A DNA stretch of 64,000 nt, from the NCBI RefSeq assembly GCF_044647545.1, contig NZ_CP172818.1, one strand, 5' to 3'. This DNA comes from Escherichia coli. GTDB taxonomy: Bacteria > Pseudomonadota > Gammaproteobacteria > Enterobacterales > Enterobacteriaceae. This document shows positions 11,901 to 20,778 of this stretch, piece by piece; position 1 is the stretch's first letter; each line of letters begins with the position of its first letter. The notes beneath the pieces are model-generated. The model worked only from the letters and a program-made list of their open reading frames with translations. It did not search any database and had not been told where the DNA came from. Both the position numbers and the translations under genes were made by a program.

Positions 11901-12750
11901 CTACACGCGGACACAATATGCAGAGCCGCTGGTCGAAAGTCGCTATCTTTACGACCCGCTGGGCCGCAGGGTGGCAAAACGGGTGTGGCGGCGTGAACGG
12001 GACCTGACGGGCTGGATGTCGCTGTCACGGAAACCGGAAGTGACCTGGTACGGCTGGGACGGCGACCGCCTGACCACGATACAGAACGACAGAACCCGCA
12101 TCCAGACGGTTTATCAGCCGGGGAGCTTCACACCACTCATCAGGGTCGAAACCGCCACCGGTGAGCAGGCGAAAACGCAGCGCCGCAGCCTGGCGGATGC
12201 GCTTCAGCAGTCCGGCGGCGAAGACGGTGGCAGTGTGGTGTTCCCGCCGGTGCTGGTGCAGATGCTCGACCGGCTGGAAAGTGAAATCCTTACTGACCGG
12301 GTGAGTGAGGAAAGCCGCCGCTGGCTGGCATCGTGCGGCCTGACGGTGGCGCAGATGCAAAACCAGATGGACCCGGTGTACACGCCGGCGCGAAAAATCC
12401 ACCTGTACCACTGCGACCATCGCGGCCTGCCGCTGGCGCTTGTCAGCACGGAAGGGGCAACAGAATGGTGCGCAGAATACGATGAGTGGGGCAACCTGCT
12501 GAATGAAGAGAACCCGCACCAGCTGCAACAGCTTATCCGCCTGCCGGGTCAGCAGTATGATGAGGAGTCCGGCCTGTATTACAACCGCCACCGCTATTAT
12601 GACCCGCTGCAGGGGCGGTATATCACTCAGGATCCGATTGGGCTGAAGGGGGGATGGAATTTTTATCAGTATCCGTTGAATCCGATATCAGACATCGAGC
12701 CCCCTGGGTTTATCTATGTGGGAGGATGCAAAATCGGGGGCATGTACTAA
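8971..12750 (+). CDS. rhsA: Rhs-family core protein (RhsA-type) with N-terminal PAAR-like region and YD repeats; very short atypical C-terminal tip
   Basis: 1259-aa ORF starting [26 protein letters not shown]; many YD/RHS repeats (RYRYDxxGR); conserved core end ...[29 protein letters not shown], followed by only [21 protein letters not shown] before the stop. GC-rich, unlike the AT-rich DNA downstream. Confidence 0.9.
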   Translation: MSGKPAARQGDMTQYGGSIVQGSAGVRIGAPTGVACSVCPGGVTSGHPVNPLLGAKVLPGETDIALPGPLPFILSRTYSSYRTKTPAPVGSLGPGWKMPADIRLQLRDNTLILSDNGGRSLYFEHLFPGEDGYSRSESLWLVRGGVAKLDEGHRLAALWQALPEELRLSPHRYLATNSPQGPWWVLGWCERVPEADEVLPAPLPPYRVLTGLVDRFGRTQTFHREAGGEFSGEITGVTDGAGRHFRLVLTTQALRAEEARQKAISGGTEPSAFPDTLPDYTEYGRDNGIRLSAVWLTHDPEYPENLPAAPLVRYGWTPRGELAVVYDRSNTQVRSFTYDDKYRGRMVAHRHTGRPEIRYRYDSDGRVTEQLNPAGLSYTYQYEKDRITITDSLDRREVLHTAGEGGLKRVVKKEHADGSVTQSQFDAVGRLKTQTDAAGRTTEYSPDVVTGLITRITTPDGRASAFYYNHHSQLTSATGPDGLEIRREYDESGRLIQETAPDGDITRYRYDNPHSDFPCATEDATGSRKTMTWSRYGQLLSFTDCSGYQTRYDHDRFGQMTAVHREEGLSQCRAYDSRGQLIAVKDTQGHETRYEYNIAGDLTAVIAPDGSRNGTQYDAWGKAIRTTQGGLTRSMEYDAAGRVIRLTNENGSHTTFRYDVLDRLIQETGFDGRTQRYHHDLTGKLIRSEDEGLVTHWHYDEADRITQRTVNGETAEQWRYDERGWLTQISHLSEGHRVTVHYGYDEKGRLTGERQTVHHPQTEALLWQHETRHAYNAQGLANRCIPDNLPAVEWLTYGSGYLAGMKLGDTPLVEYTRDRLHRETLRSFGRYELTTAYTPAGQLQSQHLNSLQYDRDYTWNDNGELIRISSPRQTRSYSYSDSGRLTGVHTTAANLDIRIPYATDPAGNRLPDPELHPDSTLSMWPDNRIARDAHYLYRYDRHGRLTEKTDLIPEGVIRTDDERTHRYHYDSRHRLVHYTRTQYAEPLVESRYLYDPLGRRVAKRVWRRERDLTGWMSLSRKPEVTWYGWDGDRLTTIQNDRTRIQTVYQPGSFTPLIRVETATGEQAKTQRRSLADALQQSGGEDGGSVVFPPVLVQMLDRLESEILTDRVSEESRRWLASCGLTVAQMQNQMDPVYTPARKIHLYHCDHRGLPLALVSTEGATEWCAEYDEWGNLLNEENPHQLQQLIRLPGQQYDEESGLYYNRHRYYDPLQGRYITQDPIGLKGGWNFYQYPLNPISDIEPPGFIYVGGCKIGGMY
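12241..12686 (+). repeat. 3' end of rhs core; copy A of a dispersed direct repeat (copies at 14626-15069 and 17213-17298)
   Basis: About 450 bp nearly identical to 14626-15069; the last 80 bp or so also recur at 17213-17298. Boundaries are approximate. Confidence 0.8.
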
Positions 12751-13754
12751 TGGTCTTTGCGGCATATCAGCTGTGATGAGAGGTGCATAAGTTTTTCATA
12801 GACCGCATATGACGCCTTAATAACAATAAAATTAAAATATATTTTCAATAAAATCAATAGCCAAATAAAATAAATAAATAAATTTTCCCTGCACCTAGAA
12901 CGTGGAGAAAGTTAGTACATACTATGGATGCAATAGCATTGACATAATGGTGGGACGAATATTTTCACTTCGACTAATGTGGTAGATATCAGATTTGGAC
13001 GAAATATTTTAAGCAAAGATGAAAATAATTAAAATAAACAACGAATAAATACCACCCCATTAATAAACAATAGATAACCACGGGAAGGAAATAACAAACG
13101 GAAAAGGATCCGATGCCAGAGTTATCGGTAATATTAAAAAAAAAAATATAAATAAAATAAATAAATTTTATTTAGCACTCCCATTTTTTTTACACAACAT
13201 GGCCATAATAATAATTTTAAAATAATAATGACGGGAAAGAGAGAAAGAAGGTAAACTGTAAAAGGATTACAAAAATTTGGTCTACAAATACAGGTTATAG
13301 TAAAAAAATATTTTTTAGAATTTATTGTATCTTTTTTTTTTTACAACAACACAGGTCGCAGTGTAATTACAGAGATATTAAAATAATGCTCAAATTTATG
13401 AAGCAGTGAGGCAGAAGAATATACATATAAACGCTTCATTAAAACAAGTGGGTAATTTGGTTAAAAATAAACTAACATTGAATTACAATATATGTTAAAA
13501 TCAGGCAACCAAAAAGAAAAAATATAAAATATGATTAACAACAAGTCTTGTTGAAGGCACCATTCACTCAGACCAAATTGCTGGTGGGGTTTTTATTAGA
13601 AAATAGGCAAAAATGATGGGGTAATTCTGAATTTTGGCCACGGAAAATAAGTATGTAAGGATAATCAAACATCGTGTGCGCTGATGGCAGAGTAGGTGGA
13701 GGACTCCAGACAGTCAAACGATAAAAAAAGATAGCCTTTATGGAGGCTCCTGCA

Positions 13755-14597
13755 ATGTCAAATACATACCAGAAAAGAAAGGCAAGTAAAGAGTATGGTT
13801 TATATAATCAATGTAAGAAACTAAATGATGATGAATTATTTCGCTTACTTGATGATCACAATTCCTTGAAAAGGATTTCATCTGCCAGAGTATTACAGTT
13901 AAGAGGTGGGCAAGACGCTGTTAGATTGGTAATTGAGTTCTGCTCTGATAAAAATTATATCCGTAGAGATATCGGAGCATTTATACTCGGGCAAATAAAA
14001 ATTTGCAAAAAATGCGAAGATAATGTGTTTAATATTTTGAACAATATGGCATTGAATGATAAGAGCGCTTGCGTTCGAGCTACGGCAATCGAGTCAACGG
14101 CTCAGCGATGCAAGAAAAACCCAATTTATTCACCTAAAATAGTAGAACAATCTCAAATTACTGCTTTTGATAAATCGACTAATGTCAGACGTGCTACAGC
14201 ATTTGCTATTTCTGTTATCAATGATAAAGCAACAATTCCACTATTGATTAATCTGTTAAAAGATCCAAATGGAGATGTCAGAAACTGGGCCGCATTTGCA
14301 ATAAATATCAATAAATATGATAATAGTGATATTAGGGATTGTTTTGTGGAGATGCTTCAGGATAAAAATGAGGAAGTCCGTATTGAAGCAATAATCGGAC
14401 TTTCCTACAGAAAAGATAAAAGGGTTTTATCTGTTTTATGCGATGAGTTAAAAAAAAATACTGTTTATGATGATATCATTGAAGCTGCGGGTGAATTAGG
14501 TGATAAAACGCTACTTCCTGTTTTAGATACTATGTTGTACAAGTTTGATGACAATGAAATTATAACTTCCGCTATTGATAAGCTGAAGCGTTCATAG
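13755..14597 (+). CDS. yibA: HEAT/armadillo-repeat protein YibA
   Basis: 280-aa product from the ATG at 13755 (MSNTYQKRKASKEYGLYNQ...); repeated helical DxxVRxxAxxAL-like units; sits inside the Rhs accessory region as in K-12. Confidence 0.85.
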   Translation: MSNTYQKRKASKEYGLYNQCKKLNDDELFRLLDDHNSLKRISSARVLQLRGGQDAVRLVIEFCSDKNYIRRDIGAFILGQIKICKKCEDNVFNILNNMALNDKSACVRATAIESTAQRCKKNPIYSPKIVEQSQITAFDKSTNVRRATAFAISVINDKATIPLLINLLKDPNGDVRNWAAFAININKYDNSDIRDCFVEMLQDKNEEVRIEAIIGLSYRKDKRVLSVLCDELKKNTVYDDIIEAAGELGDKTLLPVLDTMLYKFDDNEIITSAIDKLKRS

Positions 14598-14638
14598 CGT
14601 GAGTTGCCTATGCACAGTGGGGTATTCCCGCCGGCACG

Positions 14639-15148
14639 GTGCAGATGCTCGATCGGCTGGAAAGTGAAATCCTGGCTGACCGGGTGAGTGAGGAAAGCCG
14701 CCGCTGGCTGGCATCGTGCGGCCTGACGGTGGAGCAGATGCAAAACCAGATGGACCCGGTGTTCACGCCGGCGCGAAAAATCCACCTGTACCACTGCGAC
14801 CATCGCGGCCTGCCGCTGGCCCTTATCAGCAAGGAAGGGACAACAGAATGGTACGCAGAATATGATGAATGGGGCAACCTGCTGAATGAAGAGAACCCGC
14901 ACCAGCTGCAACAGCTCATCCGCCTGCCGGGTCAGCAGTATGATGAGGAGTCCGGCCTGTATTACAACCGCCACCGCTATTATGACCCGCTGCAGGGGCG
15001 GTATATCACTCAGGATCCGATTGGGCTGAAGGGGGGATGGAATTTTTATCAGTATCCGTTGAATCCGATGACAACGGTTGATCCTCTTGGATTAAAATTT
15101 AAGGTAGAAGGTGACGGTCAGCTTTTGATTCTGCAATTGAATATTTGA
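14639..15148 (+). pseudogene. yibJ: Orphan Rhs core-end fragment (yibJ/rhsJ-like) with a truncated C-terminal tip
   Basis: GTG-initiated 169-aa ORF duplicating the last 150 residues or so of the rhsA core ([12 protein letters not shown]...[27 protein letters not shown]), then only 17 residues before the stop; no upstream core. Confidence 0.65.
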
Positions 15149-15209
15149 AACAAGATGATGAGATGAAAAAAAATAATTACGGCCCTTGAAAAGGATAAAC
15201 ACACTATAG

Positions 15210-15536
15210 TGGTTAGTTGTAATAATAATTATGATACACTCATTTAATCGATGGACAATGAGAATACACTGGGATCCTAAAGCTGCTCTATTGTGTACGG
15301 GTGTACAGAAAGATGGTAATTTTGATTTTAAAAATGACAATCTTGAGCCTGTAGTAGCATTAGGTCATGAAATAGCCCATGCAGAGGCTTATTAAATGAA
15401 GAATTCAGTGTTTATATGAAGCGAGTAAATACACCTGATCCTATATATGATAACGCAGAGGAAAGAAGAGTAATAACAGGTATTGAGAAACATGTTGCAC
15501 AAACATTAAAACAATGTGTTAGAAAAAACCACGGGG
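15210..15536 (+). pseudogene. Decayed remnant of a putative HExxH-motif toxin domain (two short frames separated by a frameshift)
   Basis: Frame 1 (about 15210-15396) translates ...WDPKAALLCTGVQKDGNFDFKNDNLEPVVALGHEIAHAEAY*; a second frame (about 15411-15536) gives MKRVNTPDPIYDNAEERRVITGIEKHVAQTLKQCVRKNHGE*. Read by eye; no ORF of 60 aa or more. Confidence 0.3.
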
Positions 15537-17284
15537 AATAATTTACCATGTACCTTAACAATATACGGTTGTAGTTGCTATATTTGTAAAGAGATTACCC
15601 CATCGAACCGGAATAAATGAAAATGACTATATTTTATGAGTTACTATCATCATTGAACAATCAGCATATAAGATAACCTCACCAAAAGCAGTTTAAACCA
15701 TGGTAAGTTGTAGAAGTGGGACATCTCGGCACCCCATTTTTTGTATGAAAAGTTACGAGAAATATATATTTTAATTTTTTTTTATATTATATATTAACCA
15801 AAATTAAAAAAACAACAATTTAAATAAAAAATTATTTATTACTTATATATTAACAATATCATAATAAATTCATTAAAACCGCTAGTTATAAATAATTATA
15901 AAAAAATCACAAATTGTTAAAATTTAATATTAATTATTTTAAAACAACCTAATGATATAAGATGGGGATTTATAGATCTAAGTGAAAGAGCTTGTTACTA
16001 TATTTTTATTTTTCTTTTGTTCCGGTGATTTGAATGGTATTAGTATGTTGAAAAAAATAGAAAAAAAGTGGAGGGGTCTAAGCCATAATATATCATTAGT
16101 GAAGAAAAGATGATGCATAAACTGAAATATAATATGGCAAAAAAGAATTCAAAGGCATCATTCTACTCCTGACTATTTTTCACATTTCCTCGAAGTTAAA
16201 TTGAAAATACGAGACGCAATATTAAAATTATACAAATGAATTCCAGAAAATCACGTAACGCTGCTTTTTTTACTAAACAATTCCATTTTATGTTTAAAAA
16301 TTAGATATCTATTAGAAGCTGTTTTTTATTGTTATAGATCATCAAAAATACTCCTTATAATAAAAGAACAAAATTGATTAAAAAATTGAAAATATTTATT
16401 ATCCATTACAACAATAAAAAATAAATTATATATTCTATTTGACTATTGGTTATTTCGTAGATGGTTGGGAAATATAACGATTATTGGAAAGATCAGCATC
16501 TCGGGATTTTTACAAGCAATATTGATTTTGAAAAGGGTATTCCTTTTCACGATACCATTCCAGATTTACCTGTATCAGATCTTGCATAATTTCACGAGAG
16601 CTTTATTAATTGGATGTGACATTCTCAGATGAAATAAAGCGTCATATTGTATGGAAACGATTTATACAAATCCCCAAATATTATTATGTAAAAATTTATC
16701 AAATAGAAATCAGACAGATGCGAAATCCAATGAGATCAAACAGCTACAAATTTAAAAATATTAAAAAAAATCATCACAAACGTATTAAAAATAAAAAATA
16801 CAAAAACATATTATTTATCTTAAAAGAAATCACCTAAATAAACCTAGAAAAATCATAAAATTAAATAACAAAATACATACCAATTATGAAAAATCACCAA
16901 AAAAATCTCTCACATTCATTCTATGAATTATTATTTCACTAATAAATCTAAAATCATTGCATCTCTCTCAATAATACAAACAAAAAAAAAAAAACGTCAA
17001 TATAATCATTCTTATTTAACCAAAGCTTCCACACAATCGAAACAGCACGGAAATAAGCCGCACTGGCGTCGACGCGGTAATGAATGAAGACGACTGCAAA
17101 ATAAGAAGAATCCGTAAACAGCAGAATTAGTTCTCAGGATACCGCACACGCTAGTAATATACGAATGATAAGTATTCAAGGCAGTGCTAAGACGTAATAT
17201 CGGTAACTTTTCCCGCCGCAGGGGCGGTATATCACTCAGGATCCGATTGGGCTGAAGGGGGGATGGAATTTTTATCAGTATCCG

Positions 17285-17758
17285 TTGAATCCGATAACTG
17301 ATATTGACCCGTTGGGATTAGCGACCTGTTTATACAGCATAACTTTAGGTATGCTTTCATGCGTTTCAGATACGTCAAGTGATGATAATTCTTATGGTGT
17401 GCTTACTATTTCAGTCGCCTCTGGTAATAATGGTAATAATATGCAATGTAAAAATAATCCTGGTTGTACACACTTACAAAATAGAGGCCCAATACCTCAA
17501 GGGGTATGGAGCTGGAATGTTAATGGTCCTGGAGCAACTAATAGAAAACCTAATGGTATACGTTTAGTACCGTCAGCAAATACAGAAACGTATAATCGTG
17601 ATGGATTTTTAACACATAGTTGTTTAAACGCTTTTGGTCCATCTTTAGGACCTCGATTCTGTTCCGAGGGGTGTATAACTGGTTCATCTAATGACATGCA
17701 AAAATTAAATGAGCTAATATTTTCAGAGCCAGATAGCACATTAACAGTGACGGACTAG
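17285..17758 (+). CDS. Orphan Rhs C-terminal toxin module; putative L,D-transpeptidase-like (YkuD/Tlde1-like) toxin domain
   Basis: Rhs core-end homology resumes at about 17213 ([36 protein letters not shown]); in-frame stop at 17204-17206 and no ATG before the TTG at 17285. The tip contains RGPIPQGVW and H-x15-SEGCI ([24 protein letters not shown]), resembling the LD-transpeptidase catalytic His/Cys signature. Confidence 0.6.
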   Translation: MNPITDIDPLGLATCLYSITLGMLSCVSDTSSDDNSYGVLTISVASGNNGNNMQCKNNPGCTHLQNRGPIPQGVWSWNVNGPGATNRKPNGIRLVPSANTETYNRDGFLTHSCLNAFGPSLGPRFCSEGCITGSSNDMQKLNELIFSEPDSTLTVTD

Positions 17759-17762
17759 AAAT

Positions 17763-18284
17763 ATGGCAAGGTTATTAACAATTGTGCTTTTTTTCTCTAT
17801 TTCTGCGAATGCAGTTACTGTAAACCAATTTCAGAGAGAGTTGGATTTGGCAGACAAGGCAATATTATGGGCACTAATATCAGCCAGTACCCAAGAGGGA
17901 CGAAAAGCGTGTTCACTTAGCTATTTTTCATGTAAAGCCGCAGAGGCTGAACTCGGACTGGCATATATGGCTGCTAATGATAACAAGGCATTTCTCACAT
18001 CCTTATCTAGAATAATGATGTACAAAATAGATGCTGGACTTTCCGAATCCTATACATGCTATTTATTAAGCAAGGGAAAGATCATAAGACCATATCTGAA
18101 GAATCTAAATCCACACCAACTTGTCGCTGATTGCATTGAAACTGTAAATAAAATAAAAGATAAAAATAAAAAAATCATTGATATAGATTCAGTTAATATT
18201 TGCAATGATAATAAAAATATAAATTGGAGAGTTAATAGTACTATTGTAGCCATTGATGATTCTATAAAATGCATCGATGAATAA
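17763..18284 (+). CDS. Putative secreted (periplasmic) immunity protein paired with the upstream orphan Rhs toxin
   Basis: 173-aa ORF starting 5 bp after the toxin stop; N-terminal signal-peptide-like segment MARLLTIVLFFSISANA followed by a Cys-containing soluble domain; AT-rich like the toxin tip. Confidence 0.5.
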   Translation: MARLLTIVLFFSISANAVTVNQFQRELDLADKAILWALISASTQEGRKACSLSYFSCKAAEAELGLAYMAANDNKAFLTSLSRIMMYKIDAGLSESYTCYLLSKGKIIRPYLKNLNPHQLVADCIETVNKIKDKNKKIIDIDSVNICNDNKNINWRVNSTIVAIDDSIKCIDE

Positions 18285-18741
18285 TAACTTAATTATATTT
18301 AAAAATATATTAATAACTCACTCTCCAGGAGTTTTTTTAACTTAGTGTTATAATGAATACGATAATTAAAAGTGAAGAGAAAAATAGTTGTATACATATA
18401 TTCCATGAACCTACATTGTGATCTATAAATTAAATATTTTTAAATGTGACTATCATCCTTCAGATAATAAAGCCATCATCGCAATAGATGGAAAAGCACT
18501 CCTGCTCTTTTTTGATTAGAGCCGTGGCAGAGGAACAACTCATATCATCATTGCGATCTCGACAATGTATAGTCTGATCCTTCGGCAGATCAAGACGGAT
18601 AAAAAATCCAATGAGTTCACACTCATCCCGAACTTCTTAACATAATGGATATTAACGAAAAATCATCACAGCCGATGAAATAATATGCAAAAATAATTAG
18701 TCCTTGCAGGGAGCAAAGTTCCATAATCTCCCCCGCCCCCC

Positions 18742-19878
18742 TCAATGATCCAAATAAAGATAATGCATCCAACTGGTCATTCTTAGCAGCACCTTCCGCA
18801 TCACCGAAACATGGCTGAAATGGTCGGAGTAAACTGCTACCTGGGCGTAAATGCCGTCGGGTAAGGCATCGATATCATCGTTAGGGTCCAGTTCAATGGT
18901 TCCCAGCACACCGTCCGTGCCGGGTACGACGGTTAATGATTGCAGTACCCCTTGCGCCTGATACGAACCGCCTGGCACGACAGGTAAAATACTAGTCAGT
19001 TTGCCGTGGAACACCTGCCCAGGTAGCGCGTTAAACACCACTTCCGCATCATCGCCGGGTTTCAGACGTAACAGCGAGTTCTGCCGAAATTGGGCGACAA
19101 TTTGCCGTTTTTGCTCGGGGATGAAAACCATCACCGGACGCAACGGCAAGGCAGCTGCGTATGTACCTGGGCGGATCAGTACCTGAGTAACGTAGCCATT
19201 GCTTGGTGCGCGAATGACAGTCTGCTCAAGGTTATATTTTGCTTCAGTAAGTTGCGCTCTTAAGCTCACAATCTGCGACTGCTCGCCGTTAACCATACTG
19301 TCGAGCTGGCTCTGGATCTGCGCCTGCTCCGCCACCGAGCCTTTCACCAGCGCGTCCTGCGCGAGGAAGTTTTGCCGCGCATCGTCGATGTCACGTTCCG
19401 AGAACGGATTCACTGCCGCCTGGCTGCCTTTCAGGTAACGTTGATAATTTTTAAACAGGCGGTCGCGCTCCGCTGAAACCTGGGTGGTGTTGGCCTGCGC
19501 TTCAGTGAGCTGCGCGCGCAGCGTCTTTATATTATGCGTCGCCGTCATCAGGTCAGCCTGAAGTCTGTCAACTCGCGCCTGGTAACGAACCGGGTCGAGC
19601 TTAAAAAGCACCTCGCCCTTCTGAATAAGCTGATTATTTTTGTCGGTGACTTCAGTAACAATTCCCGTCACCTGTGGCGTGATGGGGATCGCTATCACTG
19701 CCTTTTGCGCGGTAAAAGTGTAAGGGTGGTTGTAGTTCATCAACAAAATCAAACCACTCACCAGAAACACGCCTCCCAGCGCCGCCGTCGCCAGCGTCCA
19801 CTGATTTACCGGAATGCGGAAGATTTTAAAGACCGCCCACGCCAGCGCCACGTAAGTTAAAACAATCAATAGATCCAT
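18742..19878 (-). CDS. yibH: HlyD-family membrane fusion protein
   Basis: 378-aa ORF with N-terminal TM helix, long coiled-coil (RLQADL...LRAQLTEAQ) and C-terminal beta-barrel typical of HlyD/EmrA periplasmic adaptors. Confidence 0.85.
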   Translation of the reverse strand: MDLLIVLTYVALAWAVFKIFRIPVNQWTLATAALGGVFLVSGLILLMNYNHPYTFTAQKAVIAIPITPQVTGIVTEVTDKNNQLIQKGEVLFKLDPVRYQARVDRLQADLMTATHNIKTLRAQLTEAQANTTQVSAERDRLFKNYQRYLKGSQAAVNPFSERDIDDARQNFLAQDALVKGSVAEQAQIQSQLDSMVNGEQSQIVSLRAQLTEAKYNLEQTVIRAPSNGYVTQVLIRPGTYAAALPLRPVMVFIPEQKRQIVAQFRQNSLLRLKPGDDAEVVFNALPGQVFHGKLTSILPVVPGGSYQAQGVLQSLTVVPGTDGVLGTIELDPNDDIDALPDGIYAQVAVYSDHFSHVSVMRKVLLRMTSWMHYLYLDH

Positions 19879-19880
19879 AT

Positions 19881-20243
19881 TTAGATCTCCGGGAACGTGG
19901 AATAGTCAGTCTTTTTCTCGGCGGCGAGTTGATGCTCCAGCCGGGAAATTCGGTCAGAAAGTGCGGCGATTTCCGGGTCAGTCGCTTTCTCCTGCGACGC
20001 AACATGTGACTGCATACCCCAGCCACGCTCCGGTTGATAGAGCGTCGCCCAGATCCACAGGAACGGCCAGATAACATGCAGAGTAAACAGGCTCACCCAG
20101 CCCGCTGTATGAATAGCGTCGGCATGGGGGTGATTACGCTTTTTGGCAATCAGATAAGGGATGTCATGTATCGCGATGATTCCATAAAAAATCACCAGAA
20201 AGACGAAGATCAGCACTCCCAACGCGAAGTAGTTTAGAAACAT
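19881..20243 (-). CDS. yibI: DUF3302 inner-membrane protein
   Basis: 120-aa product from the ATG at 20243 ([45 protein letters not shown]...); the track ORF extends upstream to 20345. Confidence 0.85.
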   Translation of the reverse strand: MFLNYFALGVLIFVFLVIFYGIIAIHDIPYLIAKKRNHPHADAIHTAGWVSLFTLHVIWPFLWIWATLYQPERGWGMQSHVASQEKATDPEIAALSDRISRLEHQLAAEKKTDYSTFPEI

Positions 20244-20458
20244 ATCTGCCTCGGATTCACGTTTATCAGTGTTGTTTTTGGCTGGCAGCCAGATGGGAGT
20301 CGGGCTGATATTTTGACAATAATCCGGGTTGGCGATTCTCGCCATAACACCGAAGAATAATTTTTAGAGGTGATGAGTTGCTTAGTTACATAACGATTTT
20401 ATGACGAAGGCATAACATGCTGCAGATCACATCAGGTGAACGCCGTAAGAAAATATCT

Positions 20459-20474
20459 TGTGATTCAGATCACA
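20459..20474. promoter_or_regulatory. CRP binding site (TGTGA-N6-TCACA) in the mtlA promoter
   Basis: tgtgattcagatcaca, a perfect match to the CRP half-site consensus. Confidence 0.7.
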
Positions 20475-20502
20475 AAGATTCAACAAACTAACAAAACAAA
20501 AA

Positions 20503-20518
20503 TGTGACATTACTCACA
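20503..20518. promoter_or_regulatory. CRP binding site in the mtlA promoter
   Basis: tgtgacattactcaca, perfect TGTGA-N6-TCACA. Confidence 0.7.
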
Positions 20519-20575
20519 TTTAAATGCCATTTTTAGCGAAAATCGCCGCCTTGTTGCTTTTTTACACAAGAGTTT

Positions 20576-20591
20576 TGTGATGCACATCACG
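20576..20591. promoter_or_regulatory. CRP-like site in the mtlA promoter
   Basis: tgtgatgcacatcacg, one mismatch in the right half-site. Confidence 0.6.
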
Positions 20592-20629
20592 TCAATTACC
20601 TCTCTACCCCCTATATTTATGTGATTCAT

Positions 20630-20645
20630 ATCACACAAAAAGCCG
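20630..20645. promoter_or_regulatory. CRP binding site in the mtlA promoter
   Basis: tgtgattcatatcaca, perfect TGTGA-N6-TCACA about 135 bp upstream of the mtlA ATG. Confidence 0.7.
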
Positions 20646-20778
20646 TCGACTGGACAGTTAACCGATTCAGTGCCAGATTTCGCAGTATCTACAAGGTCCG
20701 GCTACCTCTGCCGCCACATTAACAAAAAACCTCGGGCTTCCAGCCTGCGCGACAGCAAACATAAGAAGGGGTGTTTTT

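Noticed and set aside
9308-12591. Multiple 60-240 aa ORFs antisense to or out of frame within rhsA
   Set aside because: They lie inside a long, well-supported GC-rich gene; such shadow ORFs are expected in high-GC coding DNA and show Arg/Pro/Ala-biased composition.
16610-16837. 75-aa Lys/Asn-rich ORF in the AT-rich rhs accessory DNA
   Set aside because: Low-complexity composition driven by the A-rich DNA; typical of spurious ORFs in AT-rich sequence.
12751-17212. Possible CRISPR array or tandem-repeat locus in the AT-rich stretches
   Set aside because: No regularly spaced direct repeats of 25-40 bp separated by unique spacers; the repetitiveness is low-complexity A/T words only.
17379-17567. 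62-aa alternative-frame ORF inside the orphan Rhs toxin tip
   Set aside because: It overlaps the longer frame that carries the Rhs core-end homology and the catalytic-like motifs; it is a frame artefact.
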